Of a stretch of 64,000 nt of DNA, positions 18,909 to 28,053 are shown in pieces. Every line of letters begins with the position of its first letter. The stretch's first letter is position 1. The notes below the pieces were generated by a model. The model saw only the letters and a list, made by a program, of their open reading frames with translations. It searched no databases and was not told the origin of the DNA. This DNA is from Bradymonadia bacterium. Lineage in GTDB: Bacteria > Myxococcota_A > Bradymonadia > UBA7976 > UBA1532. Position numbers and translations under genes: made by a program. The stretch covers positions 448,001 through 512,000 of the forward strand of contig JBKAGE010000034.1 of NCBI GenBank assembly GCA_046290225.1. Direction: 5' to 3'.

Positions 18909-21900
18909 TCAGCACCACTCAGCACAATAGAGTTCATATGCCGCCCACTGGTGTGGTGGCTCGCGACGGGCGATGGCTTCCTGCCTCGCCTTGCGCAGTG
19001 CCGCGCTGTACTCCACCGCAGTGCGGGCGTTGGCGGCGTGGCGAAGGCAGGCCATGACGAACTCGGGACTGTACTCGCTGGTCTCCCAACGTCGGCAGAT
19101 CACTGCAGGCACCTCTGCCAACAGCGCCTGAACAGCCCGTTGCCCACCGAGCCCACGCAGGGGCCCTTGGAGGATGGCACACGTCACCCCCGCAGCGCTG
19201 AGGGCCTGGGCCAGAGCGTCTGGCGCCACAGGTGGATGATCATCCCTGAGCGCGATGCCCTCTTCGGTGATCTCACCGACGACATAGACCGCCCGTGCTC
19301 GGGGGATGGCGTGGTGGAGTGCCGAAGGTTCGAGATCCGACCCATGGCGTACTTCTACTGTGGAGTAGTGACCTTCTTGGGCCAACGTACTCAGCTGCAG
19401 ATCTCGGGCGATGACCCCATCACCGATGATGACCGCCACTGCGGGGGCCAGCTCGGCGCTCCGCTCACCACCAAGGTGACTCTGGACCGGACACGCCATG
19501 AGCGTCGCCAGGTGCTCACAGACAAAAGCGCCTCCATAGAGAAGCGCAGTGGGCACGCCATCGAGGGGGGCGTCGAAGGCGGTGAGCAAGCGCTCGATGC
19601 CCTCGAGGTGGGCCTCGAAAGGACCCAGAAGCGCGTCGTAGGCTTCACCACACCACTGGGCGAGGTTTCGCTGCAGGGCCGCAGGGTGCAACAGCGCGGG
19701 GAGCGACTGCAGCATCACGTGCAGATCATCTCGTTTGATGGGCCACCAGTGGGACCATGTACCCTCAGCTGTGCTCAAGAAGAGATACACACCACCCTCG
19801 AAGCAGGTGGCCTCCAGCAGCGCCTCGCCAGCGGCAGGCTCCAGCCGTCGATGGTTGCTCTCGGGCTGCCAGTGGCTCATGCGATCCAGGACCGCAGGAT
19901 CGAACAGGCCACGCTCCCCCACCCGCGACCACCGCTCGAAGATGCCGCGGTGATGCGCCATGAGGGCGGGGATCCATGAAGGCTCGGCGCCACGGACGGG
20001 TGCGGTCAGTCGGCCCTGCCGCACGCTGGCCGCGAGGCGGCGAGCGAGCTCGGGTCGACCGAGGCTGAGGGCAAGACGAATGCCCTCCAAGGCCGTGAGG
20101 CGGGCATCACGAGGACGCAACATGTCCAGGGGGCCGCTGCCCTCGGACCATGCCGCGAGGCCGCCACCTTCTGCAGCACGGCGCAAGTGCACCTCGACGC
20201 GATCCGGATCCGCTTCGCCTTCGAGGATCGGCGGGTAGAGGGCCGCAGCGAGCTCTACGGTTCGGCGCACGGCACCACGACACGCGTTCCGAATCTCCGC
20301 CGCAGCCCGCAACACGTCTTGAATGGGCTGGCTCTGGTTGAAGGCGGTATTGGATACGTCAGTGGAGCGCTCAAGGGTACACACCGCGCGATGCAACAAG
20401 GCCAGGGCCCGAGCTTGAGGATCATCGATGGCCTGAGCCAGCTCCACGGCCCGGTGAGCGGCGGTCTCCGATCCCCACAACGAAAGCGACAGCTCAAGTT
20501 CGAGCGCAGCACTGATCCACGACCGCACTGGCAGGTGCGGTCGGGCCAGGGTCAACAGGTGCTTGCCCCGGGCCAGGAGCCCCATGGCGCCCCCACGGTG
20601 GGTGCGATTTCGGGCGTAACCGGCGAGACCGCGGGCGGCGAGGGCCACTCGGGCTTCGTCACCGTCGGCGATCAGATCGTCGAGGCGATCGGCAAGCTCG
20701 GTCAGGCTACAGCCACGGGTCATGTTGGCCAGCGCGGCGTCAGCAGCGCTGGCAAAGAGCTGAGCGGCGCCATCTCGATCACCACGCCGCTCAGCGAGGC
20801 CCGCCGCACACATGAGCACGCGAGATCCGAGGATCGGATTGCCGATGGTGCCGCGCATGGCCCGCAGCAACCACTCTGCCAGGGCATCCTGAGCCTCCTG
20901 GCGCTCGCCGAGGGCGTTGAGCGCCTCGGCTTTGAGCAGCGCCATGGTGGCCTCACCCATGACGTCGCCTCCACGGCCGCCACCACGGGCGGCACGGGCC
21001 CTCATGCGATCAGTCCAACGATCGGCGAGCGCGATGACGTGGGTGTACTGCACACGTGCAGCGGCAGACCAGCCCGCCCGTCGTGCCATGACATCGGCGA
21101 AGGTGCTGTGCAGCACCGCGGCCGCCCGCAGGCGACGCTCCACTGGGAGGCTCGGTGCGTAGGCGAGGCGATCCGGCAGACCTTCTGCCTCCATTCGCCC
21201 GAGCTCCACGAGCATATCGGTGGCGTACAGCAGATGACGCTTCAGGGCTTGCTCGAAGGCGGTGACCAGATGCTGATAGGCCCGGAAGGCATCTGCTCCA
21301 CGGACCGCCTCTCGGTAATCTTCGAGCTCGATGGGGCCACCATCAGTCTCTTCCGGGGTCAGCAGGCCCTGCAACGCACCGCTGAGGGCAGCGAGGCCCT
21401 CGGTGGCACCCGCTCTGGGGGTGATGTTCGCGGCCACCACCAGGCGCAGCGCGTGATCGGCAGGCAACGTGGCCAGCACCGCCGGAGAAATTTGCTCGGC
21501 GCGCTCGTGTACTTCGTCTGCAGGAGGCTCGCCATGGCCATGGCCACCTGTCCACTGGGCGGCGAGAGAGGCGAGCCGACGCACCGCAGTGGGATCGAGC
21601 GGATCTTCAGGGTGGCGGAACAGCGTCCAGACACCCTGGGCCACGGAGCGGACCTGGGGCGAGTCGACGCCTTCGAGAGCCTCGAGGCGATCTGTGAGAT
21701 CGAGCACGAGGTTGCCCGCCACGTGCCAGTCCTCGTCTTCGAGGGCCATCAACAGCCGGTTGAACTGAATGACCAGCAACCCTTCGAAGGCGCCGTGCCG
21801 CTCGTAGTGTGGCAGCAGCTCTGCATAGAGCCGCTCGGCGATCTCACGCTGGCCGCGGCAGGCGGCGTCGAAAGCAAGGGCCTTACGGGTATCGAGGCTG

Positions 21901-21932
21901 GCCAGATCCAAGGGAATTCCCCCATCGCTCAC
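18909..21932 (-). CDS. Helical-repeat protein with degenerate C-terminal CHAT (caspase-like) domain
   Basis: YDALLGP, RLLTAFDAPLDGVPTALL, ALRKARQ, PHQWAAYELYC are CHAT-like; no His-Gly or Ala-Cys catalytic motifs at the expected places. Confidence 0.7.
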   Translation of the reverse strand: MSDGGIPLDLASLDTRKALAFDAACRGQREIAERLYAELLPHYERHGAFEGLLVIQFNRLLMALEDEDWHVAGNLVLDLTDRLEALEGVDSPQVRSVAQGVWTLFRHPEDPLDPTAVRRLASLAAQWTGGHGHGEPPADEVHERAEQISPAVLATLPADHALRLVVAANITPRAGATEGLAALSGALQGLLTPEETDGGPIELEDYREAVRGADAFRAYQHLVTAFEQALKRHLLYATDMLVELGRMEAEGLPDRLAYAPSLPVERRLRAAAVLHSTFADVMARRAGWSAAARVQYTHVIALADRWTDRMRARAARGGGRGGDVMGEATMALLKAEALNALGERQEAQDALAEWLLRAMRGTIGNPILGSRVLMCAAGLAERRGDRDGAAQLFASAADAALANMTRGCSLTELADRLDDLIADGDEARVALAARGLAGYARNRTHRGGAMGLLARGKHLLTLARPHLPVRSWISAALELELSLSLWGSETAAHRAVELAQAIDDPQARALALLHRAVCTLERSTDVSNTAFNQSQPIQDVLRAAAEIRNACRGAVRRTVELAAALYPPILEGEADPDRVEVHLRRAAEGGGLAAWSEGSGPLDMLRPRDARLTALEGIRLALSLGRPELARRLAASVRQGRLTAPVRGAEPSWIPALMAHHRGIFERWSRVGERGLFDPAVLDRMSHWQPESNHRRLEPAAGEALLEATCFEGGVYLFLSTAEGTWSHWWPIKRDDLHVMLQSLPALLHPAALQRNLAQWCGEAYDALLGPFEAHLEGIERLLTAFDAPLDGVPTALLYGGAFVCEHLATLMACPVQSHLGGERSAELAPAVAVIIGDGVIARDLQLSTLAQEGHYSTVEVRHGSDLEPSALHHAIPRARAVYVVGEITEEGIALRDDHPPVAPDALAQALSAAGVTCAILQGPLRGLGGQRAVQALLAEVPAVICRRWETSEYSPEFVMACLRHAANARTAVEYSAALRKARQEAIARREPPHQWAAYELYCAEWC

Positions 21933-21990
21933 GGGTCAAGTGTGCAAGGCACGAGATCATACAGGCATGCCGGTGCTCGAGACCGGTGGT

Positions 21991-22054
21991 GCTCAGTGTC
22001 GGTGTTGCTCAGTCTCAGTGACGCTCAGTCTCAGCGATGCTCAGTCTCAGCGGC
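21991..22054. repeat. 16-bp tandem repeat, four copies
   Basis: GCTCAGTGTCGGTGTT, GCTCAGTCTCAGTGAC, GCTCAGTCTCAGCGAT, GCTCAGTCTCAGCGGC. Confidence 0.85.
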
Positions 22055-22829
22055 GCTCGGTCAGTCGTCGGCGGGTCTCGATGGCCTCCATCTCCAAACC
22101 AGCCCGCTCTTGGGCTTCAGCGAGGATCAATAGGAGATCAGGATGACCCGGTGCGGCGGCGAGGGCGCGCTCGTGCTGGGCCACGGCCTCTTCGTAGTCA
22201 CCCTGATCAGCAGCGAGGTGACCCAGGGCCGTCCAGGGCCGAGGGTCATCCTCGAGGCACTCTGTGGCCCGCATGTAGGCCCCTCGAGCGCCGCTGAAGT
22301 TGCCGAGGGTGTCGAGGGCCTGCCCTTGACTCAGCCAGGCTTCTCCATCGTCGGGCACCATCTCCAGGTGTGCATCCCACAGCTCCACGGCACGGGGGCT
22401 GTGACCGGCATCCTCGGCGGCGATCTGGTACATCAACGCCTGCTCGGCGAGGCTGGGCACCGCGAGCGGTCGAAGCCGACGGCGGGCAAGCCGATGACGC
22501 AGTCGGGCCTCGGGTACCCCAGAGAGTGCCTCAGCGTGCACATCGCCCTGATGCACGTCGCCGGGCAGATCGGAGATCGGAGTTGCTGGGGGAGAGACTT
22601 CACGCCTCGGGGGCGTCTCCCAATGAAAGCCTCCAGCGTTGAAGTCACCACCGCGGGCGGAAACATCAGTGTCGGAGGAGGCCCCGCCATGGGCGTCCTC
22701 AGCGGTGGTTTCACCACTGTCGTCGACCACCTCGCCGTCGTGCTCGACGTCGGAGACGGGCCCCTCGATCACTTTAGATGGGCGGTTCTTCCCGAACCAC
22801 TTGGAGAAAATAGACACCGACACATCCAA
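22047..22829 (-). CDS. Tetratricopeptide repeat protein with acidic disordered N-terminus
   Basis: TPR patterns AWLSQGQALDTLG, PWTALGHLAADQGDYEEA. Confidence 0.8.
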   Translation of the reverse strand: MDVSVSIFSKWFGKNRPSKVIEGPVSDVEHDGEVVDDSGETTAEDAHGGASSDTDVSARGGDFNAGGFHWETPPRREVSPPATPISDLPGDVHQGDVHAEALSGVPEARLRHRLARRRLRPLAVPSLAEQALMYQIAAEDAGHSPRAVELWDAHLEMVPDDGEAWLSQGQALDTLGNFSGARGAYMRATECLEDDPRPWTALGHLAADQGDYEEAVAQHERALAAAPGHPDLLLILAEAQERAGLEMEAIETRRRLTERR

Positions 22830-22980
22830 TCAAAGGCGCCGTCGCAGACGCTGGCATTCAACAACAGGGTCCTGATCGTGGCAAGTTTGGGCAGATTCAC
22901 GCATGGGGAGATCCTTGCCCAAGAGATCACAGGGGGCTTAAAGTCTGGTCTGCATTGACGAAACAACACAGCAGGCCCCG

Positions 22981-23988
22981 ATGCACACCGCACCCGATCC
23001 GACCCCCATCATCGAGCTGGCGACGGCCTATTGGGGCAGCGCCACCCTCATCGCCGCTGCCCGGCTCAAGATCTTCACTCACCTCGCAGCCGGGGCCGCC
23101 GATCCGGCGACCCTCGCCGCCCGAGCCGAGGTGGACGCCGACGCCGTGGAGGGCCTGCTCGCGGGCCTGGTGAGTCTCAACCTGGTTCAGAAGAACGCAG
23201 ACGGCACCTTCGCCAACACGCCCTCAGCGAGCACCTTCCTCGTGGAGGGCAGCCCGGCCTACCTCGGCCCCGCCATGCTCTACAACGGTGATGTGTATCC
23301 GCTCTGGGCCCGCCTCGATGAGGTGATCCGCACCGGCAAGGTCACCGAAGCCCCGGACCAGTATCTCGGTGATGACGACAGTCGCACCCGCAACTTCGTC
23401 TACGGCATGCACCATCGCGCCCTCGGCGTGGGGCAGGCACTGACCCCAGTGGTGGATCTGAGTGGTCGCACCCGCCTCGCCGATGTCGGTGGTGGCCCGG
23501 GCACCTACTCGGCGTTGCTCACTCAGAAGACCGAGGGCCTCACCTCAGAGGTCCTCGACCTGCCGGGTGTGGTGGCCATCGCCAAAGAGATCGTTGCCTC
23601 CCTCGGCGCCAGCGAGCGGGTGCAGTGCACAGCCTTCGACTACTACAAAGACAACCTGCCCGGTCGCTATGACGCGGCGCTCATCTCTGGGGTGTTGCAC
23701 CGGGAGCACCCGCCGCAGGTGCAGGCCATCTTCCAGAAGGTGGCCGACGCCATGGATCCTGGCGGGGTGCTCTACATCAGCGACGTCATGGTGAACGACG
23801 ATCGAACGGGGCCGCTGTTTTCCACCATGTTCGAGCTGAACATGCGGGTGCTCTCTCACGGGGGCCGGTGCCACTCTGTGGCTGAGCAGCGCGCCTGGCT
23901 CGACGCAGTGGGCTTCGAGATCACCGAGGTGGTGACGCTGCCGCCGCCGATCCATTACACGGTCATTCGGGCGGAGCGCCGCTCATGA
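22981..23988 (+). CDS. SAM-dependent O-methyltransferase (dimerisation domain plus methyltransferase domain)
   Basis: LADVGGGPG, VLDLPGV, SGVLH, PGGVLYI. Confidence 0.9.
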   Translation: MHTAPDPTPIIELATAYWGSATLIAAARLKIFTHLAAGAADPATLAARAEVDADAVEGLLAGLVSLNLVQKNADGTFANTPSASTFLVEGSPAYLGPAMLYNGDVYPLWARLDEVIRTGKVTEAPDQYLGDDDSRTRNFVYGMHHRALGVGQALTPVVDLSGRTRLADVGGGPGTYSALLTQKTEGLTSEVLDLPGVVAIAKEIVASLGASERVQCTAFDYYKDNLPGRYDAALISGVLHREHPPQVQAIFQKVADAMDPGGVLYISDVMVNDDRTGPLFSTMFELNMRVLSHGGRCHSVAEQRAWLDAVGFEITEVVTLPPPIHYTVIRAERRS

Positions 23989-24908
23989 GGGCGCTGACGG
24001 TCTGCCGTGGCTCGATGTTGTGGGTGGTGCTCTTTGCCCTCTCCTCGCTCTCAGCGTGTGGAGACAACGGCAGCACGTCGACTCAGAAGGGCAAGGCCAG
24101 CACCGCGACCTCGGAGAAAGCTGCCGACGCCGCTGACGCCACCATCCGTCGTCGACGCCGACGCCCTTCGATCAAGCTGGCCACTCCTCAACCGAACCGA
24201 CCCAAGGCCGGTGAGCCTCAGCGGCCAGAGGACTTCGGCCAGATGGCCAAGACGGTGGAAGAGGGCGTGCCTGCGCAGAAGCCTGGCGCCCCGCCGGTGG
24301 AGCGCATCGACAAGTTCCGCTTCCGGGTGGGCAAGGTGGAGGTGGATCGGGAGGCTGGCACTGTCCGGATCCCCGGCCGGCTCAACATGAAGGAGGGCAT
24401 CCTCGAGTACTTCGCCGTGGCCACCATGGGGAAGCTGCACGAGTCGGTCCTCGAACTGCTCGCCGAGCCCAGCCACATCCACCTGGGGCTGATCTTGATC
24501 GATCTCGAGCCCAGCAAATACGTCTCGGACCCCAAGGAAGGCCGCAAGGTGGTGAAGGCCGGCAGTCAGGTGAAGATGTTCATCGAGTGGCTGGCCCCTG
24601 ACACCAAGAAGATGGTGCAGATGCCTGCAGAGCACTGGCTGTACAACCGCAAGCTCAAGGGCAGCCCAACCGCTCGCAACTGGGTGTTCACCGGCAGCTT
24701 CTTCTACAACGGGCAGTACGCCGCCGATAACGATCGCAGCGTGGTGGCGCTGGTCCCTGACGGCACCGCCATCATCGGCAACGTCGCCGATGACGGAAAC
24801 CCTTACCGTGGTGATGGCTTGGGCTTCGAGGTCTACCGCGAGCGGGTACCACCCCTGGGTACCCCCGTGGCCTTCGTGATTCAGTCGGCAAACAAGGGCA
24901 CGCCCTAA
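23985..24908 (+). CDS. YdjY-like domain lipoprotein
   Basis: Lipobox LSAC; ILEYFAV...GKLHESVL...PSHIHLGLILI, WVFTGS; overlaps the upstream stop. Confidence 0.7.
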   Translation: MRALTVCRGSMLWVVLFALSSLSACGDNGSTSTQKGKASTATSEKAADAADATIRRRRRRPSIKLATPQPNRPKAGEPQRPEDFGQMAKTVEEGVPAQKPGAPPVERIDKFRFRVGKVEVDREAGTVRIPGRLNMKEGILEYFAVATMGKLHESVLELLAEPSHIHLGLILIDLEPSKYVSDPKEGRKVVKAGSQVKMFIEWLAPDTKKMVQMPAEHWLYNRKLKGSPTARNWVFTGSFFYNGQYAADNDRSVVALVPDGTAIIGNVADDGNPYRGDGLGFEVYRERVPPLGTPVAFVIQSANKGTP

Positions 24909-24915
24909 GAGGCCC

Positions 24916-25797
24916 TCAGGTGGCGTAGAACCAACGCCCTACCATCTTCCCTGGCACCAGCAACCCGATGATGATCGCCGCGGCGATCCAGGCGCCAGCC
25001 TGGGCGGCGATGACCCCATTCACCATGGCGATGCCGAAGATCCCTGCCATGACAGCCCCGCGCACGGGGCCAGCGCCTGGGGCTGTGTAGCCACGCTTCA
25101 GGGCGGGGAGCAGCCACAACAGCGGGATCGCCACCAGAGCGGCGCCCACAGGGGTGCTGAGCACCCCCAGAGGGGCCCAGAGGGCGCTGATCACCACCCC
25201 GAGCAGCATCACGGCCATGGGGGGCGCAACTTGCTGTGGGGTGGCCCCATCGACCTCGTGACGAGACAAGAAGGTCAGCCCGCACACATAGAGGACTGTG
25301 GTGAGCGGGATCAGATACACCACCACTGGCGTGGGCCAGCCCACAGCGGTGATGCCGATGAGGGCGTTGCCATAGCGACACGTGCCCATGGCCAGGGGGC
25401 CGAGCACGCTGTCCTTCACAGCGGCGTTGTAGAGATAGGTGGCCCCAATGGTGAGCGCCACGGCGATGAGGCTCGGTGTGCCCACCACAGCGGCGAGCCC
25501 CAACCCCACCGCCTGGAGCGTCAGGACCAGGGTCCATGCTCGGGCCAGGGGCACTCGCCCCGAGGGGATCGGCCGCCCGGGGCGCTCCCTGGCGTCCACG
25601 GCGGCGTCGAAGATGTCGTTGGCCGCCATCCCGGCGCAATAAATCGCCGCGCTCGCCACCACGAGGCAGATCATCGTGAGTATGGAGATCGGCGCCATGA
25701 GAGACGCGAGGGCCATGCCCATGAGCACGTCTGCGGGGGCGGTGAAGACAGCAGGCAGCCGAATCAGCTCGAGATAAGGGCGCACCTCAGGGCTCAC
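24916..25797 (-). CDS. UbiA-family prenyltransferase (EboC-like)
   Basis: LIRLPAVFTAPAD, GMAANDIFDAAVDARERPGRPIPSG, YNAAVK, MGTCR; polytopic. Confidence 0.9.
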   Translation of the reverse strand: MSPEVRPYLELIRLPAVFTAPADVLMGMALASLMAPISILTMICLVVASAAIYCAGMAANDIFDAAVDARERPGRPIPSGRVPLARAWTLVLTLQAVGLGLAAVVGTPSLIAVALTIGATYLYNAAVKDSVLGPLAMGTCRYGNALIGITAVGWPTPVVVYLIPLTTVLYVCGLTFLSRHEVDGATPQQVAPPMAVMLLGVVISALWAPLGVLSTPVGAALVAIPLLWLLPALKRGYTAPGAGPVRGAVMAGIFGIAMVNGVIAAQAGAWIAAAIIIGLLVPGKMVGRWFYAT

Positions 25798-26980
25798 CGA
25801 GGGCCCAGGCGAGCAAAGCCTCGTCCTGGCTCACGAGGCGCTGCTCGTCGGTGCCCATGGGATCTTTGAAGAACGGCGCCAGGGCGGAGAGCACGCCCGC
25901 CTCACCACGCCGCTGAGCGAGCACGGCGAGACGCACCAGATCGAGCACCAGGGGTGCCGCGAGCAGCGAGTCGACGCCGTCCCAGGTGAACTGCATGCTC
26001 ATACCGCCGCCGAGGAACCCAGCGAAGTGGATGTAATCCCACGCCACTTTGCGCTCGCCGAGGCTGGGCACATAGTCGATGCCCACCCGAGAGTAGGGCT
26101 GCGGGTGGAGCATCTTGCCCAGCAGGTGATCCTTGCTCTTGATCTTGGTGGCCTTGTTCCGCGGATCGTCCAGCACCCGGCCATCTTCGTTGCCGAGGAT
26201 GTTGGTGCCGTACCAGGAGCGTACTTCGAGGCCTCGCCGTGCGAAGAGCTCTGCGAGCACCGACTTCACCAGCGTCTCCCCGGTCTTGCCGTCAGAGCCA
26301 CCGTGCACGGCCCCCTTCTCCTCGGCGAGTCGCTCGAGGGGTGGCAAGCGGCTGCCGACGCTGGGGGTGAAGTTGATGTAAGCGTCGCCACCTTCGAACG
26401 CCGCGAAGGCATACAGGGCGCTGGGCGGCAGGCAAGGAGCCGCCTCGTCCATGGCCCCCCGCAAGGCGTCGAGATCGTGCAGCGCCTCTGGCAGCCACAT
26501 GGGCGGCTCGGTGCTCGCCACGTTCACCACGACAAGCTGCGTGATCCCCTCGGCCGACTTGAAGGCGTCGAGATCAGCGCGGATCAAGCGGACGGCCTCG
26601 GCGTCGGTCTGGGCGGGGATGGCAGCCTCTGCCATCTCGGAGATGGCCTCACCGGCACCTCGGACCACACCAGGGCGGATGTTCCGCTCTGCGGCTTCGA
26701 AGACATCGCCGAGTTGTTGCGCGAGGAAGGGCACCCCGCAAGCCTCGAGCAAGGGGCCGGCGATCTCGCCCATGTGGCCCTTTTTGATCTCATGGCCGCC
26801 GAAGACCAGCGAGCCGAGCTCGGGCAGCGACACCTCATCGAAGACAGAGCGGGCGGTCACCATCCCTACAGGGGCCGTCAGGCCTCGCACGATGGCCCCG
26901 TGCCCCGCCACCGTCGTCGTGGCGATGCTCCCCCGAGCCCCGATCAACCAGACCCCGACGCGTTCCGTGGTACTCTCCAC
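25787..26980 (-). CDS. ino1: myo-inositol-1-phosphate synthase family protein
   Basis: GARGSIATT, VNVASTEP, GSDGKTGETLVKS, NILGNEDG, DSLLAAPLVLDL. Confidence 0.9.
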   Translation of the reverse strand: MESTTERVGVWLIGARGSIATTTVAGHGAIVRGLTAPVGMVTARSVFDEVSLPELGSLVFGGHEIKKGHMGEIAGPLLEACGVPFLAQQLGDVFEAAERNIRPGVVRGAGEAISEMAEAAIPAQTDAEAVRLIRADLDAFKSAEGITQLVVVNVASTEPPMWLPEALHDLDALRGAMDEAAPCLPPSALYAFAAFEGGDAYINFTPSVGSRLPPLERLAEEKGAVHGGSDGKTGETLVKSVLAELFARRGLEVRSWYGTNILGNEDGRVLDDPRNKATKIKSKDHLLGKMLHPQPYSRVGIDYVPSLGERKVAWDYIHFAGFLGGGMSMQFTWDGVDSLLAAPLVLDLVRLAVLAQRRGEAGVLSALAPFFKDPMGTDEQRLVSQDEALLAWALGEP

Positions 26981-27099
26981 GCAGGACTCTCCACGCAGTG
27001 CGGGCCAGACAGCGGCCCGGTGTCATGCCCTCATGGGCACCAAAGGTGCGCATTGTGCGGCGAACCGGGCGGAATATCCAGCCCACAGCCCGCCTGCGA

Positions 27100-27984
27100 T
27101 CACGATCGTTGAGGTGTGGCGATGGGGCAGGCCTCGTCGAGGACCTGCTCCAACAGAGGTTGCAGATGCGCCCTCGCCCGCTGTGCGGCGCTATTGGCCC
27201 ACCGGGAGCACGTGTAGAGCTCCACGGTCAGGTGGCCGTCATAGCCCACATCTCTCAGGGCTCGCATGACCCGTACGAAGTCGATGTCTCCTTCTCCGGG
27301 GACGAGATGATGGTGCTTTCGGCCCTTGATGTCCTCGACGTGCACGTTCCAGATACGGCCAGCGAGCAGCTGAATGCTCTCTTCGGGATCTTCGAAGGCA
27401 CAAATGGCGTGACCGATGTCGAGGTTCACCCCGAGGATGGGAGAGCCCACCACCTCGATGAGGGTGCTCACCTCGTCGGCGCGCTCCACCAGAAGGGCTG
27501 GCTCGTACTCGATGCCCACCTTGACCCCGAGATCAGCAGCGCGCTCGCACACCACAGACAAGGACTCTGCGAAGAAAGCCATGGCCCGCTCAGGCTCGAC
27601 ATGGGCCTCGCTCCGTCCGCTGGCCACACTCACGGTGGGGGCACCGATGGCAGAGGCGAGCTCGAGACAGGCCAGCGTGTAGTCGATGCGCCGACGCCGC
27701 ACATCAGCGTCGCTGTTGCTCATGGACGGCTCGAAGACAGGCTCCGGGAGCGGATCGGGCCACAAACAATTCGCGGTGTTGGCGTTGACATTGCTGATGA
27801 CTAGGCCCTGGTCCTTGACCGCCTGTCGCAGCGCCATCATGCCCGCGCCATCGAGTGCACCGGGCTGCCAATGGGGTGCGTCGGCGAGGATCTCCACGCC
27901 GTGATAACCCAACCGGGCGATCTCCTCGATGGCGGTGAGCAGATCGACCTCGGTGAAACCATTGGTGCTGTAGGCGAGTTTCAT
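27100..27984 (-). CDS. Sugar phosphate isomerase/epimerase (xylose isomerase-like TIM barrel)
   Basis: IEYEP, NLDIGH, VHVED, HLVPGEGDIDF, TVELY. Confidence 0.9.
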   Translation of the reverse strand: MKLAYSTNGFTEVDLLTAIEEIARLGYHGVEILADAPHWQPGALDGAGMMALRQAVKDQGLVISNVNANTANCLWPDPLPEPVFEPSMSNSDADVRRRRIDYTLACLELASAIGAPTVSVASGRSEAHVEPERAMAFFAESLSVVCERAADLGVKVGIEYEPALLVERADEVSTLIEVVGSPILGVNLDIGHAICAFEDPEESIQLLAGRIWNVHVEDIKGRKHHHLVPGEGDIDFVRVMRALRDVGYDGHLTVELYTCSRWANSAAQRARAHLQPLLEQVLDEACPIATPQRS

Positions 27985-28053
27985 ACGGCGCAGTGTAGCA
28001 AAGCCACAGTGCCCATGGGGGCTATAATTGTAGTCACGGGTGGGTATATCTGC

